A DNA stretch of 64,000 nt from an uncultured beta proteobacterium (GCA_903905735.1 CAIVHU010000057.1:14002-78001); one strand, 5' to 3'; counted from the stretch's first letter, positions 40,582 through 52,785 are shown. Translations and numbers: made by a program. Notes: generated by a model not told the origin, from the sequence alone.

Positions 40582-42696
40582 TCAATGTATCCGCAATCCC
40601 GGCTGGGCACCCGGGAAAGGCTCCAGCACATAAATCCCGGGTTGCGCTTTGTCGTCGGCGTGGCTGGCGGCCAGCACCATGCCTTCGGATACGCCAAACT
40701 TCATCTTGCGCGGGGCTAGGTTGGCCACCAGCACGGTGAGTTTGCCGCTCAGGTCTTCGGGCTTGTACATGCTGGCGATGCCTGAAAACACATTGCGGGT
40801 CGTTGGCTGACCCGCTTCATCGACCTCGCCCACGTCCAGGGTGAGTTGCAACAGCTTGGTGGAGCCTGCCACCGCCTGGCATTGCACAATTTTGGCGATG
40901 CGCAAATCGATTTTGGCAAAGTCGTCGATGCTGATGGTGGGCGCAATGGCCTCTCCGCCGGGTAGTGCAGATGCTGCACTTTCTGTAGCTGTCAGCACTT
41001 GTTCTGCCTGGACTGGAGGCTCAAAAAGCGCTTCAAGTTGTTTGATGTCGACACGCTGCATCAGGTGCTGGTAAGTGCCGATGATGTGGCCGGTTTCCAG
41101 CGGCTCGCCCACATTGCCAAAGCTCAACGGCGGGACGTTCAGGAAGGTTTCGACTCTGGCGGCCAGCTCAGGCAGCACCGGCTTGAGGTAGCAGGTGAGG
41201 ATCCTGAAGGCCTTGATGCACACCGTGCACACGCCTTGCAGGCGTGCCTCTTGTCCGGCCTGTTTAGCCAGGTCCCACGGCTTGTTGGCATCCACGTAGG
41301 CGTTGACACGGTCGGCCAGCAACATGGTTTCGCGCAGCGCTTTGGCGTATTCACGCTCTTCGTACAGGCGCTCGATGCTGCCGCGTTCAATGCGCAACTG
41401 GTGCAACAGCGCGGCACCGTCTTCGGGCACATCGCCCAACTGGCCCTCAAAACGCTTGGCGATAAAGCCCGCAGCGCGGCTGGCAATGTTGACAAACTTG
41501 CCGATCAAATCGCTGTTGACCCGCGCCATGAAGTCGTCGGCGTTGAAGTCGATGTCTTCGTTGCGGGCGCTGAGTTTGGCGGCCAGGTAGTAGCGCAGCC
41601 ACTCGGGGTTCATGCCCAGGCTCAGGTATTTGAGCGGGTCCAGCCCGGTGCCACGGCTTTTGCTCATCTTTTCGCCGTTGTTGACCGTCAGAAAGCCGTG
41701 CACAAAGATGTTGTCGGGCGTTTTGCGGCCGCTGAAATGCAGGCAGGCGGGGAAAAACAGCGTGTGGAACGTGACGATGTCCTTGCCGATGAAGTGGTAC
41801 TGCTCCAGCTCCGGGTTGGCCATGTAGGCTTCGTAATCGATGCCACGACCGTCCAGCAGGTTTTTCAGCGAGGCCAGGTAGCCAATCGGCGCGTCCAGCC
41901 AGACGTAAAAGTACTTACCCGGCGCATCGGGGATTTCGATGCCGAAATAAGGCGCGTCGCGGCTGATGTCCCAGTCGCCCAGGCCTTCACTTTGGCTGCC
42001 ATCCGGGTTGGTGCGCACGGTGAACCATTCCTTGATCTTGTTGGCCACCTCGGGCTGCAGCTTGCCGTCTTGTGTCCACTGCTCCAGAAACGCCACGCAG
42101 CGCGGGTCAGACAGCTTGAAGAAAAAGTGCTCCGAGCTGCGCAGCTCGGGCTTGACACCCGATAGCGCCGAGTAAGGGTTGATCAGGTCGGTGGGCGCAT
42201 ACACCGCACCGCAGTTCTCACAGTTGTCGCCGTACTGGTCCTTGGCATGGCACTTGGGGCACTCGCCCTTGATGAAGCGGTCCGGCAGGAACATGTTTTT
42301 CTGCGGGTCGAAAAACTGCTCGATGGTGCGGGACTCAATCAGCGAGCCGTCCGAGTTGTCGCGCAGGTCACGGTAGATGGCTTGCGCCAACTCGTGGTTT
42401 TCGGGCGCATCGGTGCTGTGCCAGTTGTCAAAGCTGATGTGAAAACCGTCCAGGTAGGGCTTGCGCCCGGCGGCGATGTTGGCCACAAACTGCTGCGGCG
42501 TGATGCCAGCCTTTTCAGCCGCGATCATGATCGGCGCGCCATGGGTGTCGTCAGCACACACAAAATCGACCGCGTTGCCCATCATCCGCTGGTAACGCAC
42601 CCAGATATCGGCCTGGATGTATTCCATGATGTGGCCAATGTGAAAGTTGCCATTGGCGTAGGGCAGGGCGGTGGTAACGAACAGTTGACGGGTCAT
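40582..42696 (-). CDS. metG: Methionyl-tRNA synthetase with C-terminal tRNA-binding domain
   Basis: [15 protein letters not shown] (HIGH), CPKC..C..CG zinc knuckle, KMSKSRG (KMSKS), and a C-terminal Trbp111-like domain (DLRIAKIV...). Confidence 0.95.
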   Translation of the reverse strand: MTRQLFVTTALPYANGNFHIGHIMEYIQADIWVRYQRMMGNAVDFVCADDTHGAPIMIAAEKAGITPQQFVANIAAGRKPYLDGFHISFDNWHSTDAPENHELAQAIYRDLRDNSDGSLIESRTIEQFFDPQKNMFLPDRFIKGECPKCHAKDQYGDNCENCGAVYAPTDLINPYSALSGVKPELRSSEHFFFKLSDPRCVAFLEQWTQDGKLQPEVANKIKEWFTVRTNPDGSQSEGLGDWDISRDAPYFGIEIPDAPGKYFYVWLDAPIGYLASLKNLLDGRGIDYEAYMANPELEQYHFIGKDIVTFHTLFFPACLHFSGRKTPDNIFVHGFLTVNNGEKMSKSRGTGLDPLKYLSLGMNPEWLRYYLAAKLSARNEDIDFNADDFMARVNSDLIGKFVNIASRAAGFIAKRFEGQLGDVPEDGAALLHQLRIERGSIERLYEEREYAKALRETMLLADRVNAYVDANKPWDLAKQAGQEARLQGVCTVCIKAFRILTCYLKPVLPELAARVETFLNVPPLSFGNVGEPLETGHIIGTYQHLMQRVDIKQLEALFEPPVQAEQVLTATESAASALPGGEAIAPTISIDDFAKIDLRIAKIVQCQAVAGSTKLLQLTLDVGEVDEAGQPTTRNVFSGIASMYKPEDLSGKLTVLVANLAPRKMKFGVSEGMVLAASHADDKAQPGIYVLEPFPGAQPGLRIH

Positions 42697-42768
42697 GGCG
42701 CGAGGGTCTTTCTGAAACAGCCCACGATTTTAGTCGGGCAAGATCGCCAGGCGCGCCAGCCGGGGCGA

Positions 42769-44085
42769 TCACCGCAGGCGCAGCGGGTCGCGGCGGCGCT
42801 CCGGGTGATGCGTGGCAGGCAAAGTGGCGCTCGGGCCGACTTTCGGCGCTGCCTCGGGGTCGGTCCAGTCAAAAAAGGCACAGATTTCAGCCCGCTGGCG
42901 CATGGCATCCTTGTAGCCCAGCGCCATCAGTTCACCGGTGTAACCGGTCTCAAAGAGAAGATAACTGGCCAAGGGTGCGCCGCGCTCGTCGGATGCCTGG
43001 GACGATACGCCCAGGCTGCGCAGTACGCTGCGCACAGCCGAGGGCAGTTCGTGCACGTGTCTGGCAGCGATCACATCCAGTTGTTCCGAGGGCGAAATCA
43101 GCAGCAGCTCCACCGGGCGCAGATTGCTGGCGGCGCGCATCTCGGGTGGCACCAGGCTCAGGGTCTGGTTGATGCGTCGGATGCGTTCGATATCGACCGA
43201 CAGCGCGTCCAGAAAAATGTTGGCCAGCGCGTGCCCGGCAATCTGCGCCAGGCTGGGGTAGCTGCCTGCCTCCCCCGCGCTGCCAGGCTTTTTGGCCTGG
43301 TGCTCACGCCCAGCCCCGATCACACAAATGCGCTGCGCACCCAGGTGGATGGCGGGCGCTACCGGTGCCGACTGGCGCATGGAGCCGTCACCGTAGTAGG
43401 CGGTTTCGCCATCAACATGCAGCGGCATGGCCGGGAACACAAATGGGATGGCGCTCGATGCCAGCAGGTGCTCGTGGGTGATCTTGTCGCGCAGGCCTCG
43501 GCGCAGCGATCGCGTCCACGGCAACAGCCGCTTGTCGCCTTCAAAAAACGTGAAATGTTCGCCCGAGGTATAGCTCGATGCCGTGACGGCCAGCGCCTGC
43601 AGATGGCCGTCACGTATCAGCATCGGAATGCGGTCAAGCGGTACCATCTTGTGCAGCAGTTCCGCCAGCGGGCTGTTGTCCAGCAGCGATTTGGGCTTGA
43701 CGCGCCGCCATTTGGCAATCAGCCAGCCCATGGAGAGCAGCGTCATCCAGGTGGCCCCGGAGCGCAGCATGCTCACCGAATCCGCCCGGTACACCTGCTC
43801 GGCGTGAAAGTTGCGCCACACGTTGGCAATGCGCCGCACCGCCGCGTCAAACTGGTCCGCCCCGCAGGCCAGCGAGGCGGCGTTGATGGCACCGGCCGAG
43901 GTGCCGCTGATGATCGGGAACGGATTGGGGCCGTTTTGCTCGCCGCAGATCTGGCGCAGCTCCGAGATGGCTTCCAGCACCCCGACCTGGTAGGCGGCGC
44001 GGGCACCACCGCCTGAGAGCATCAGAGCGGCCGATGTTTCAGCCGCTGGCGGTGCGGGATTGGGGGAGGCGGGGTACAGAGGCAT
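42769..44085 (-). CDS. Patatin-like phospholipase (RssA-like)
   Basis: [17 protein letters not shown] (oxyanion GGxR), [10 protein letters not shown] (GxSxG), and a DGS catalytic Asp region. ATG at 44085 chosen. Confidence 0.8.
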   Translation of the reverse strand: MPLYPASPNPAPPAAETSAALMLSGGGARAAYQVGVLEAISELRQICGEQNGPNPFPIISGTSAGAINAASLACGADQFDAAVRRIANVWRNFHAEQVYRADSVSMLRSGATWMTLLSMGWLIAKWRRVKPKSLLDNSPLAELLHKMVPLDRIPMLIRDGHLQALAVTASSYTSGEHFTFFEGDKRLLPWTRSLRRGLRDKITHEHLLASSAIPFVFPAMPLHVDGETAYYGDGSMRQSAPVAPAIHLGAQRICVIGAGREHQAKKPGSAGEAGSYPSLAQIAGHALANIFLDALSVDIERIRRINQTLSLVPPEMRAASNLRPVELLLISPSEQLDVIAARHVHELPSAVRSVLRSLGVSSQASDERGAPLASYLLFETGYTGELMALGYKDAMRQRAEICAFFDWTDPEAAPKVGPSATLPATHHPERRRDPLRLR

Positions 44086-44225
44086 GGCCTGATTATCCGC
44101 AGCAGTGCAGGCGTACCCAAGCCCAAATAGGGCCTGCTGGACCGACTCGCGGGTAAACCCCGATTCGCAGCACGCCAATAGAGGCCATTGCGTCTTGGCT
44201 AGACTCGACCTTTTCGGAGAAAAAC

Positions 44226-45317
44226 ATGACCGTGTCAGAGCAAACCGTACTGGAAGCCCTCAGAAGAGTGATCGACCCCAACACCGGGCGCGATTTTGTA
44301 TCCACCAAAGCCATCAAAAACCTGAATGTGAGCGACGGCGACATCGCGTTCGACGTGGCGCTGGGCTACCCCGCCAAGAGCCAGATCGCCAGCTTTCGCA
44401 AGGAGCTGATCGCCGCCGTCAAAGCGGTGGCACCTGCCGCCAACGTGTCGGTCAACATCACCACGGTGATCACGGCGCACGCGGTGCAACGCGGTGTGCA
44501 ACTGCTTCCCGGCGTGAAAAACATTGTGGCGGTGGCTTCTGGCAAGGGTGGTGTGGGCAAGAGCACCACGGCGGTCAATCTGGCGCTGGCGCTGGCCGCC
44601 GAAGGTGCGCGCGTCGGCCTGCTGGACGCCGATATTTATGGCCCCAGCATCCCGATGATGATGGGCATCAACGGCAAGCCCGAGAGCACCGACGGCCAGA
44701 CCATGGACCCGCTGGAAAACTACGGTGTGCAGGTGATGTCGATCGGCCTCTTGGTGCCGCAGGACGAAGCCATGATCTGGCGCGGCCCGATGGCCACCCA
44801 GGCGCTGGAACAGTTGCTGCGCCAGACCAACTGGAAAGACCTGGACTACCTGATCGTCGATATGCCGCCCGGCACCGGTGACATCCAGCTCACGTTGTCG
44901 CAAAAAGTGCCGCTGACCGGCGCAGTGATCGTCACCACGCCGCAGGACATCGCGCTTCTGGATGCCCGCAAAGGCATCAAGATGTTTGAAAAAGTCGGCG
45001 TGCCGATTCTGGGCATCGTGGAGAACATGGCGGCGCACGTGTGCAGCAACTGCGGCCATGTCGAGCCGATTTTTGGTGCCGATGGCGGCAAGAAAATGGC
45101 GGCTGAATTCCAGATGGACTATCTGGGTGCCTTGCCGTTGTCGATGACTATCCGCCTTCAGTCCGACAGCGGCAAGCCGCCGGTGGTGTCCGACCCCGAC
45201 AGCGAGGTCTCCGGCCTGTACAAGGCCGTGGCGCGCAAGGTGGCGCTGGCCATTGCCGCCAAGAACAAGGACTTTTCCAGCAAGTTCCCGTCGATCAAGA
45301 TCTCCCAAGGCACCTGA
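44226..45317 (+). CDS. apbC: Fe-S cluster carrier ATPase (Mrp/ApbC)
   Basis: N-terminal DUF59-like region, [24 protein letters not shown], and the CSNCGH CxxC motif. Confidence 0.9.
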   Translation: MTVSEQTVLEALRRVIDPNTGRDFVSTKAIKNLNVSDGDIAFDVALGYPAKSQIASFRKELIAAVKAVAPAANVSVNITTVITAHAVQRGVQLLPGVKNIVAVASGKGGVGKSTTAVNLALALAAEGARVGLLDADIYGPSIPMMMGINGKPESTDGQTMDPLENYGVQVMSIGLLVPQDEAMIWRGPMATQALEQLLRQTNWKDLDYLIVDMPPGTGDIQLTLSQKVPLTGAVIVTTPQDIALLDARKGIKMFEKVGVPILGIVENMAAHVCSNCGHVEPIFGADGGKKMAAEFQMDYLGALPLSMTIRLQSDSGKPPVVSDPDSEVSGLYKAVARKVALAIAAKNKDFSSKFPSIKISQGT

Positions 45318-45402
45318 TGGGCCGGGCATGGGCCCTGGCTGTGTAGGGAGTGAAGTACCCGGGCGATCGGCCTGAACGGGCTGACTGGGGTATCTTCCAC
45401 GC

Positions 45403-47925
45403 ATGACCATTTCCTTTTTGACCCTGGGCTGGCGGTCGCTCTCGCGTGACCTGCGCGCAGGCGAGCTGCGTTTGCTGATCGTCGCGGTGGCTCTGGCTGT
45501 GGCTGCGCTCACCGCCGTGGGCTTTTTTGCCGACCGGCTCAAAGGCGGGCTGCAGCGCGATGCCCGCCAGTTGCTCGGCGGTGATGCGGTGGTGGTCAGC
45601 GACAACCCTTTGCCGGCTGCCTTTTTGGCGCAGGTCCAGCAGCTGGGCCTGCAGCGCGCCCAGACGCTGAGTTTTCCGACCATGGCGCGCACGCCAGACG
45701 GGCAGGGCGCGCCGCAGACCAAGCTGGTGTCTTTAAAAGCCGTGCAGGCCGGTTACCCGCTGCGTGGCAGTGTGCGCACCAGCATGGAACCGGGCGCGCC
45801 GGATGCGCTGACGCGTGATGTGCCTGCGCCAGGAGAGGCCTGGGTGGATGTGGCCGTGCTCGACAGCTTGGGTCTGCAGACGGGCCAGAAGCTCATGTTG
45901 GGCGACAGCGCGCTGCGCGTGACGCGCGTGATCGTCAACGAGCCCGACCGGGGTGCCGGTTTCATGAGTTTTTCACCGCGCGTCATGGTCAATCTGGCCG
46001 ACTTGCCCGCCACCGGCCTGGTGCAGCCAGCGAGTCGGGTGAACTACCGGCTGGCGGTGGCCGGGTCCGACCATGCGGTGCAGGCCTTTGTGGACTGGAC
46101 GCAGGCGCAAATCCTCTCGCAAAGCGTGCGTGGCGTGCGGGTGGATGCGCTACAGGGCGGCCGCCCGGAACTCAGTAGCACGTTGGACCGTGCAGAAAAA
46201 TTCCTCAACCTGGTGGCGCTGTTAGCCGCGCTGCTGAGCGCTGTAGCCGTGGCGCTGGCGGCGCGTGGTTTTGCGGCGAGTCATCTGGACGACTGCGCCA
46301 TGCTGCGCGTGCTGGGCCTGCCCCAGCGCACCATTGCCGCTGCTTACAGCATGGAGTTTTTGCTGGTGGGCCTGCTCGCCAGTGGCTTGGGCGTGTTGCT
46401 GGGCTTTACCGTGCATTACGGGTTTGTCGCCTTGCTCGCAGGCCTGGTCACCACCAGCCTGCCTGCGCCGAGTTTCTGGCCGGTGCTGTTTGGCATGGGC
46501 ATGGGGCTGACGCTGCTGCTGGCCTTTGGCCTGCCGCCGGTGCTGCAACTGGCGCAGGTGCCGCCACTGCGCGTCATCAGGCGCGATGTGGGTGGGCTCA
46601 GGCCTGCCTCGGCCTCGGTGCTGTGTCTGGGCCTGATCGGGTTTGCCGCGCTGCTGATGGCGGCCAGCAGCGATGTCAAGCTGGGCCTGATCGCCGTGGG
46701 CGGTTTTGCCGGGGCCACGGTGCTGTTTGCATCCTTGAGCTGGCTGGCGGTGAAGCTGCTGCGCTACAGCGTCAACGACGCCACCGCCCCGACCGCGCTG
46801 GTGCTGGCTACGCGGCAGATCTCGGCGCGGCCCGCCTTTGCGGTGGTGCAGGTCAGTTCGCTGGCGGTGGGCTTGCTGGCGCTGGTGTTGCTGGTGCTGT
46901 TGCGCACTGATCTGATTGCCAGCTGGCGACAAGCCTCACCGCAAGACGCGCCGAACCGCTTTGTCATCAACATCACGCCCGATCAGGGCCCGGCCTTCAC
47001 CCAGGCGCTGCAAAAAGCGGGCGTGACGCACTACGACTGGTTTCCGATGATTCGCGGGCGGCTCGTGGCCATCAACGATCAGGATGTCAGCCCCAATGAC
47101 TACAGCGACGAGCGTGCGCGCCGCCTGGTGGACCGCGAGTTCAACCTGTCGCACAGCGCGCAACTACCCGAGCAGAACCAGGTCGTGGGCGGACGCTGGC
47201 AGCCCGATGAGGCGGGTGCCATCAGCATCGAGGAAGGCATTGCCAAAACGCTGAATCTGACCCTGGGCGACCGCCTGACCTTCGACATTGGCGGCATGAA
47301 GCTGACCTCCAAAATCACCTCACTGCGCAAGGTGGATTGGGGATCGATGCGCGCCAACTTCTTCGCCATGTACCCGGTGGCCAAGCTCGATGGTGTGCCC
47401 ACCACCTACCTGAGCGCTTTCAAGGCCCCGGCGCAGCGTGGTTTCGACAATGCGCTGGTGCGCCAGTTTCCCAACATCACCAGCATCAACATGACCGTCA
47501 CCATCGCCCAGATCCAGGGCATGCTCGACCAGGTGATTGGCGCGGTGGAATTTCTGTTTGCCTTCACGCTGGCGGCCGGGCTGGTGGTGCTGTTTGCGGC
47601 GGTGACCGCCACGCGTGAGGAGCGCGCGCGAGAGTTCGCCATCATGCGCGCCGTGGGCGCGGGCCAGAAGCTGCTGCGCCAGGTGCAGCGCATCGAGCTG
47701 GCCGGCGTCGGTGCGCTGGCGGGTTTTCTGGCCTCCGTGGTGGCCAGCGGTGTCGGTTGGGCGCTAGCCAAGTACGTGTTTGGCTTTGCCTGGTCGGTGT
47801 CGCTGTGGGTGCCGCTGCTGGGCGCGCTGGCCGGTGCCGTGCTGGCGCTGGCGGCAGGCTGGTGGGGCCTGCGTGACGTGTTGCGCCGCCCGGTGGTGCA
47901 GACGTTGCGCCAGGCGGCACAGTGA
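45403..47925 (+). CDS. FtsX-family ABC transporter permease with duplicated FtsX domains (YbbP-like)
   Basis: 840 aa with two large extracytoplasmic loops, each followed by a 3-4 TM FtsX-like bundle. No ATPase gene is adjacent. Confidence 0.75.
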   Translation: MTISFLTLGWRSLSRDLRAGELRLLIVAVALAVAALTAVGFFADRLKGGLQRDARQLLGGDAVVVSDNPLPAAFLAQVQQLGLQRAQTLSFPTMARTPDGQGAPQTKLVSLKAVQAGYPLRGSVRTSMEPGAPDALTRDVPAPGEAWVDVAVLDSLGLQTGQKLMLGDSALRVTRVIVNEPDRGAGFMSFSPRVMVNLADLPATGLVQPASRVNYRLAVAGSDHAVQAFVDWTQAQILSQSVRGVRVDALQGGRPELSSTLDRAEKFLNLVALLAALLSAVAVALAARGFAASHLDDCAMLRVLGLPQRTIAAAYSMEFLLVGLLASGLGVLLGFTVHYGFVALLAGLVTTSLPAPSFWPVLFGMGMGLTLLLAFGLPPVLQLAQVPPLRVIRRDVGGLRPASASVLCLGLIGFAALLMAASSDVKLGLIAVGGFAGATVLFASLSWLAVKLLRYSVNDATAPTALVLATRQISARPAFAVVQVSSLAVGLLALVLLVLLRTDLIASWRQASPQDAPNRFVINITPDQGPAFTQALQKAGVTHYDWFPMIRGRLVAINDQDVSPNDYSDERARRLVDREFNLSHSAQLPEQNQVVGGRWQPDEAGAISIEEGIAKTLNLTLGDRLTFDIGGMKLTSKITSLRKVDWGSMRANFFAMYPVAKLDGVPTTYLSAFKAPAQRGFDNALVRQFPNITSINMTVTIAQIQGMLDQVIGAVEFLFAFTLAAGLVVLFAAVTATREERAREFAIMRAVGAGQKLLRQVQRIELAGVGALAGFLASVVASGVGWALAKYVFGFAWSVSLWVPLLGALAGAVLALAAGWWGLRDVLRRPVVQTLRQAAQ

Positions 47926-48105
47926 AATTACTATCTTAATGGTAGCTGCTTAGGCAATCTAGAAAAGCACTAAAGGCTGTTTTTGCTTAAAGAATTCAGA
48001 CCAATTGTCAACGCAAAACGTTGTACGCTCTGCCGCTGGCCGATTTGGTAGCATGACCCGGCTCTGGGGATGGCTCCGGTGGCCAAGCATGTATCTGGGG
48101 ACACG

Positions 48106-49788
48106 ATGGAATCTGTGATCGGTTGGGAAGCACGCTCGCGCCATGTGCGCGCGGCCAGCACCATCGGTCTGGTGTTTGGACTGCTGTTTGCGGTGTTCAA
48201 CCTGCTCACCCCGGGCATGATGGCGCTGGGCTTGATCGAAGGGTTCGCCGTGATGCTGCTGGTGGTGCCAGCGCTGATCCTGAGCCGCAGGCCGCGTCAG
48301 GTCGGGCTGACAGAGTCGCTGCTGCTCGTGTCGACGAGTGTTGTTTTTGGTGCTCTGATTGTGTTTGGTGGCGTGGAGGGCACCGGGCTTTACTGGGTCT
48401 ATACCGTGCCATTTCTGGCCTTTTTTCTGAAGGGTGAACGCCAGGGCTGGCTGTTCAGTGTGGCGTTTCTGGTGGCGTCAGCGGCCTATTTCCTGCTCGG
48501 CGGCCCGACGCTGGCCTGGGCCTATCACTACACCCCGGTGGCTGGCACGCACTTTGTGCTGTCTTTGGCGTTTTACACCCTGGTGGCGGCGGCTTTCAAC
48601 CACGTGCGCAGCCGCTACGAGACACAACTGGCGCTAGACAAGGCTCAAGCCGAGGAGGCTTCGCTTGCCAAATCGCGGTTTCTGGCCGCAGCCAGCCACG
48701 ACCTGCGCCAGCCCGCGCACGCACTCGGCATGTTTGTGGCCCGCTTGTCCCAACTGCCCAACGATGCCCCCACGCGCGAGCTTGTGGCTGGGGTGGACGC
48801 GTCGGTACGCGCCTTGCAGGAGATGCTGGACGCGTTTTTTGACTATTCACGGCTGGATACGCCCGCCATGGAGGTGCGCCTCACCACCTTTCCGGTGAAT
48901 CAATTGCTGGAACTGCTACGCATCAGCTTTGAGGCCACGGCTGCTGCCAAAGGGTTGCGGCTGCGGATTCGGCCGTCACCGCTGTGGCTGCGCAGTGACC
49001 CGGTGTTGCTGCACCGGGTGCTGCTCAACCTGGTCAGCAACGCGGTGCAGCATACCCGGCAGGGCACGGTGTTGGTCACTTGCCGGGCTGCGAGCGGGCA
49101 CACGCAGGCGCTTCTGGAGGTGTGGGACAGCGGCATCGGCATCGCGCCCGAGCACCATGAGAAAGTGTTTCAGGAGTTTTACCAGGTCAGCAACCCGCAG
49201 CGCGACCGCAGCAAGGGCTTGGGTTTGGGTTTGAGCCTGGTGCAACGGGCCTGCAGTCGCTTGAATCACCCGGTGAACCTGCGCTCCGGCCTGGGCTGCG
49301 GCACCCGGCTGAGTGTGCAGGTGCCCATCGCGCCTGTGCCACTTGCCACGCTGGTCCCGGCGATACCCGCGCAGCCGCCCGTCAAGGTCAACCTGTCAGG
49401 CCTGCGGGTGCTGCTGGTGGAAGATGATGCGCTGGGTAACGTGGCGCTGGCAGGACTGCTGCAAAGCTGGGGCTGTCAGGTCGCTAGCGTGGGTGATGCA
49501 GCCAGTGCAAGCGATGTGTTGGAAAAAGGTCCGCCACCCGACTTTGTGCTCAGCGATTACCGTTTGCCCGGCAGCGCTAACGGCATCGATGTGATCCGTC
49601 AGGTGCGCGAGGTCTTGGGCCACGATGTGCCCGCTTGTGTTATCAGCGGCGATACCGACGCGACGGTTCGCCAGCAAGTGCAGGCCGCAGGCTTGGTGTT
49701 GCTACAAAAACCAGTGCGCCCGGCCAAGCTGCGAAGTGTGTTGCGCAACGTTTTGCATGCTCAAGCGACGGAATCTTTGGTGGCATAA
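48106..49788 (+). CDS. Hybrid sensor histidine kinase (multi-TM N-terminus, HisKA, HATPase, REC)
   Basis: About 6 TM helices, H-box ASHDLRQPAHAL, NLVSNAVQHT, DSGIGI, GLGLGLS, and REC (VLLVEDD..LSDYRLPG). Start uncertain (48070 or 48106). Confidence 0.8.
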   Translation: MESVIGWEARSRHVRAASTIGLVFGLLFAVFNLLTPGMMALGLIEGFAVMLLVVPALILSRRPRQVGLTESLLLVSTSVVFGALIVFGGVEGTGLYWVYTVPFLAFFLKGERQGWLFSVAFLVASAAYFLLGGPTLAWAYHYTPVAGTHFVLSLAFYTLVAAAFNHVRSRYETQLALDKAQAEEASLAKSRFLAAASHDLRQPAHALGMFVARLSQLPNDAPTRELVAGVDASVRALQEMLDAFFDYSRLDTPAMEVRLTTFPVNQLLELLRISFEATAAAKGLRLRIRPSPLWLRSDPVLLHRVLLNLVSNAVQHTRQGTVLVTCRAASGHTQALLEVWDSGIGIAPEHHEKVFQEFYQVSNPQRDRSKGLGLGLSLVQRACSRLNHPVNLRSGLGCGTRLSVQVPIAPVPLATLVPAIPAQPPVKVNLSGLRVLLVEDDALGNVALAGLLQSWGCQVASVGDAASASDVLEKGPPPDFVLSDYRLPGSANGIDVIRQVREVLGHDVPACVISGDTDATVRQQVQAAGLVLLQKPVRPAKLRSVLRNVLHAQATESLVA

Positions 49789-49796
49789 GCGCCGCG

Positions 49797-50447
49797 TCAA
49801 CCCTTGGACGCCATCAGCAGCACCACCAGCGCGCCCGCGCCGCCGTCCGCCGGCTTGGCCTGCACAAAGGCCAGCACCTCGTTTTTTTGCACCAGCCAGC
49901 TGTGCACGCGGCTTTTCAGGATGGGGGCCTTGCCGGGCGAGCCCAGACCCTTGCCATGCACCACCCGCACGCAGCGGATGCCGTGGCGGTGCGCCTCGCG
50001 GATGAAGATGCTCAAGGATTCGCGCGCGTCGTCACGGCGCAGGCCATGCAGATCCAGCTGGCGCTGGATGCTCCAGTCGCCCCGGCGAAGCTTGCGCGTC
50101 ACATCCACGCCGATGCCGGGGCGGCGAAAGCTCAGGTGTTCGTCGGTGTCAAGCAGGGTGCTCACATCAAACTCGTCGCTGATGGCTTCCTTGAGGACCG
50201 CTTTTTCGTCTTTCTGGTACTGCATCGCCAGTGGCATGACCTGCTCTTTTTTATGCAGCACGTGGCGCTTGTCTGGTAAGGGCTGGACGGCTCCAGCCGC
50301 CCGAATGAACAGGTCGCGGTCCGAGGCCGCCTGTTTCACCGCTTTGACCTGCGCGCTAGCCTGCAAGGCGCGATGTTGGGTTTGCTCGGCAATAGCGCGC
50401 TTGACGATTTTCAGGTCGGTCAGCGTCTTGACTTTGAGCGGCTTCAC
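49797..50447 (-). CDS. Smr-domain protein (SmrA-like endonuclease)
   Basis: C-terminal Smr domain [40 protein letters not shown]. Confidence 0.75.
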   Translation of the reverse strand: MKPLKVKTLTDLKIVKRAIAEQTQHRALQASAQVKAVKQAASDRDLFIRAAGAVQPLPDKRHVLHKKEQVMPLAMQYQKDEKAVLKEAISDEFDVSTLLDTDEHLSFRRPGIGVDVTRKLRRGDWSIQRQLDLHGLRRDDARESLSIFIREAHRHGIRCVRVVHGKGLGSPGKAPILKSRVHSWLVQKNEVLAFVQAKPADGGAGALVVLLMASKG

Positions 50448-51145
50448 ATCAGCCCCCGCTCGGCCATGGAAAGCGCTTCGCCCGGCGCGACGATCACGTG
50501 GTCGAGCACCCGCACATCAATGAGTGCCAGCGTGGTTTTCAGGGTTTGGGTGAGCAACTCGTCGGCGCGGCTGGGTTGCACCGTGCCGCTGGGGTGGTTG
50601 TGCGACAGCACCACGGCACTGGCCTGGTGGTGCAGGGCGCGCAACACCACCTCGCGCGGGTAGACGCTGGTCTGTGTCAGCGTGCCCTGAAACATCTCTT
50701 CCATGGCCAGCAGACGGTTCTGCACATCGAGAAACAGCACTGCAAACACTTCCTGTCTGCGCGCGGACAGGTGCAGTTGCAGGTAGTGCTTGACGGCATC
50801 GGGCGAGTCGAACACGGTGCGCTCCTGCAGGCGTTGCGCCATGGCCCGGCGGGCCAGCTCCAGCCCGGCGACGATTTCAGCGCGTTTGGCCGGGCCCAGA
50901 CCTTTGATACGTTTCAGGTCGTCTGCGGTGGCACCCAGCAGCCCGGCAATGCCGTCAAACCCTGCGTCTGCACCGTCTTTGGGTTTGATTTGCAGCAGCT
51001 CATGCGCCATCTGCAGCACGCCCTTGCCAGCGATGCCGGCGCGCAGCAGGATGGCCAGCAGCTCCACATCGCTTAACGCGCCAGGGCCACGGGCCAGCAG
51101 TTTTTCGCGCGGGCGGGCATCAGGGGGCAGGTCTTTGAGCGGCAT
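50444..51145 (-). CDS. radC: RadC-family JAB/MPN-domain protein (UPF0758)
   Basis: RPREKLL..G...[12 protein letters not shown], a helix-hairpin-helix region, and the JAB motif LSHNHPSG. Confidence 0.85.
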   Translation of the reverse strand: MPLKDLPPDARPREKLLARGPGALSDVELLAILLRAGIAGKGVLQMAHELLQIKPKDGADAGFDGIAGLLGATADDLKRIKGLGPAKRAEIVAGLELARRAMAQRLQERTVFDSPDAVKHYLQLHLSARRQEVFAVLFLDVQNRLLAMEEMFQGTLTQTSVYPREVVLRALHHQASAVVLSHNHPSGTVQPSRADELLTQTLKTTLALIDVRVLDHVIVAPGEALSMAERGLM

Positions 51146-51336
51146 GGTTTCAGTCGGGCGGGCGTGGCGCGGGGCAGGGGGCTTTTACAATGCGGGCAGT
51201 TTATGCGCTCAGGTGGCTGGCGGATGATTCTGGGGATTTGCAGCCAGACCATGAGGGTCTGCCCGAGCATCTTCCCGCGTCTGGCGCACTGAAGTCGTTT
51301 TTCCCCCTTTTGGTTTTTTATCTGTACAGGATCAGC

Positions 51337-51801
51337 ATGACAAGCACCGTCGCCAGCGTTTTACCCGGCTCTTTTTTGACCCTGCATTACCGCTTGAGCG
51401 GCCCGGCCGGGGTGGTGGTCAACACCTTTGAAGGCTCGCCGGCCACCCTGACGCTGGGCACCGGTCAGCTCTCACCCGCGCTGGAAGCCACCCTGATCGG
51501 CCTGCCCGAGGGCACCCACACCACCCTTGAGCTGCCCGCCGGGGCCGCCTTTGGCGAGCGCAGCACCGATATGCAGCAGTGGCTGGCGCGCCAGGAGCTC
51601 ATCGACATGGGGGTGGAGGACGAGCAGTACGCGGTGGGCGATGTGCTGCACTTTCCCACGCCCGACGGCCAGGGACAGTTTGGTGGGGTGATTCTGGATT
51701 TTCGCACCGGGGCCAAAGGCGACGCCGTCAAGCTCGACTTCAACCACCCGCTGGCTGGCCAGCCGGTGAGTTTCGAAGTGCAAGTCATCGGGGTGCTGTA
51801 A
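51337..51801 (+). CDS. fkpB: FKBP-type peptidyl-prolyl cis-trans isomerase (FkpB/SlpA-like)
   Basis: LTLHYRLS...., the typical [19 protein letters not shown] ending, and position immediately upstream of ispH as in E. coli. Confidence 0.75.
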   Translation: MTSTVASVLPGSFLTLHYRLSGPAGVVVNTFEGSPATLTLGTGQLSPALEATLIGLPEGTHTTLELPAGAAFGERSTDMQQWLARQELIDMGVEDEQYAVGDVLHFPTPDGQGQFGGVILDFRTGAKGDAVKLDFNHPLAGQPVSFEVQVIGVL

Positions 51802-51803
51802 CC

Positions 51804-52772
51804 ATGACCAATGCCGCTGTTCAAAACATTTTGCTGGCCGAGCCTCGCGGCTTTTGCGCTGGCGTGGACCGGGCCATCGAGATCGTCGAAAAGGCCCTGG
51901 CCAAGTTTGGCGCGCCCATCTACGTGCGCCACGAGATTGTGCACAACACCTACGTGGTGGACGACCTGAAAGCCAAAGGTGCTATCTTTATTGAAGAACT
52001 GGACGACGTGCCGCCTGGGGCGACGCTGGTTTTTTCGGCCCATGGCGTGAGCCGTGCGGTGCAGCAGGAGGCCCAGGCGCGTGGCTTCCAGATTTTTGAT
52101 GCCACCTGCCCGCTGGTCACCAAGGTGCATGTGGAAGTGGCCAAACTCGCCAAAGAGGGGTTCGAGTTCATCATGATCGGCCACAAAGGCCACCCCGAGG
52201 TCGAAGGCACCATGGGCCAGCTCGACGGGGGTATCCATTTGGTCGAAGAGGTCGAAGACGTGGCCCGCATCGCCCCGCGTCAGACCGCCAAACTGGCGGT
52301 GGTGACCCAAACCACCCTGAGCGTGGATGATGCCGCCCACATTGCCACGGCCATCAAGGCGCGTTTCCCCAGCGTGCGCGAGCCCAAACACCAAGACATC
52401 TGTTACGCCACGCAAAACCGCCAGGACGCGGTCAAGCTGATGAGCGCGCAGGTCGATATCGTCATCGTCGTGGGCAGCCCCACCAGTTCCAACAGCAATC
52501 GACTGGCCGAAGTGGCGCGCAAGCTGGGCACGCCGGGTTACATGGTCGATCGCGCTGAAGACCTGCAACCACAGTGGTTTGAAGGCTGCTCGCGCGTCGG
52601 GCTGACCGCCGGTGCTTCGGCCCCCGAGATTCTGGTGCGCCAGGTGGTGGAGCGCATCAAGGCGCTGGGTGCGGTGTCGGTGCAAACCATGCCGGGCCAG
52701 CCCGAGACGGTGAAATTCCCGTTGCCCAAGGGCTTGCGGCTGGAATCTGACGACGACGAAGCCATCGCCTGA
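51804..52772 (+). CDS. ispH: 4-hydroxy-3-methylbut-2-enyl diphosphate reductase
   Basis: [33 protein letters not shown], and [11 protein letters not shown], covering the three Fe-S cysteines. Confidence 0.95.
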   Translation: MTNAAVQNILLAEPRGFCAGVDRAIEIVEKALAKFGAPIYVRHEIVHNTYVVDDLKAKGAIFIEELDDVPPGATLVFSAHGVSRAVQQEAQARGFQIFDATCPLVTKVHVEVAKLAKEGFEFIMIGHKGHPEVEGTMGQLDGGIHLVEEVEDVARIAPRQTAKLAVVTQTTLSVDDAAHIATAIKARFPSVREPKHQDICYATQNRQDAVKLMSAQVDIVIVVGSPTSSNSNRLAEVARKLGTPGYMVDRAEDLQPQWFEGCSRVGLTAGASAPEILVRQVVERIKALGAVSVQTMPGQPETVKFPLPKGLRLESDDDEAIA

Positions 52773-52785
52773 TGGTATTAATTCA

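Noticed and set aside
42769-44085. Patatin-like phospholipase as a possible CBASS or other defence effector
   Set aside because: It is flanked by housekeeping metG and apbC with no cyclase, sensor or other defence-type partner. It looks like the common RssA/YchK-type housekeeping patatin.
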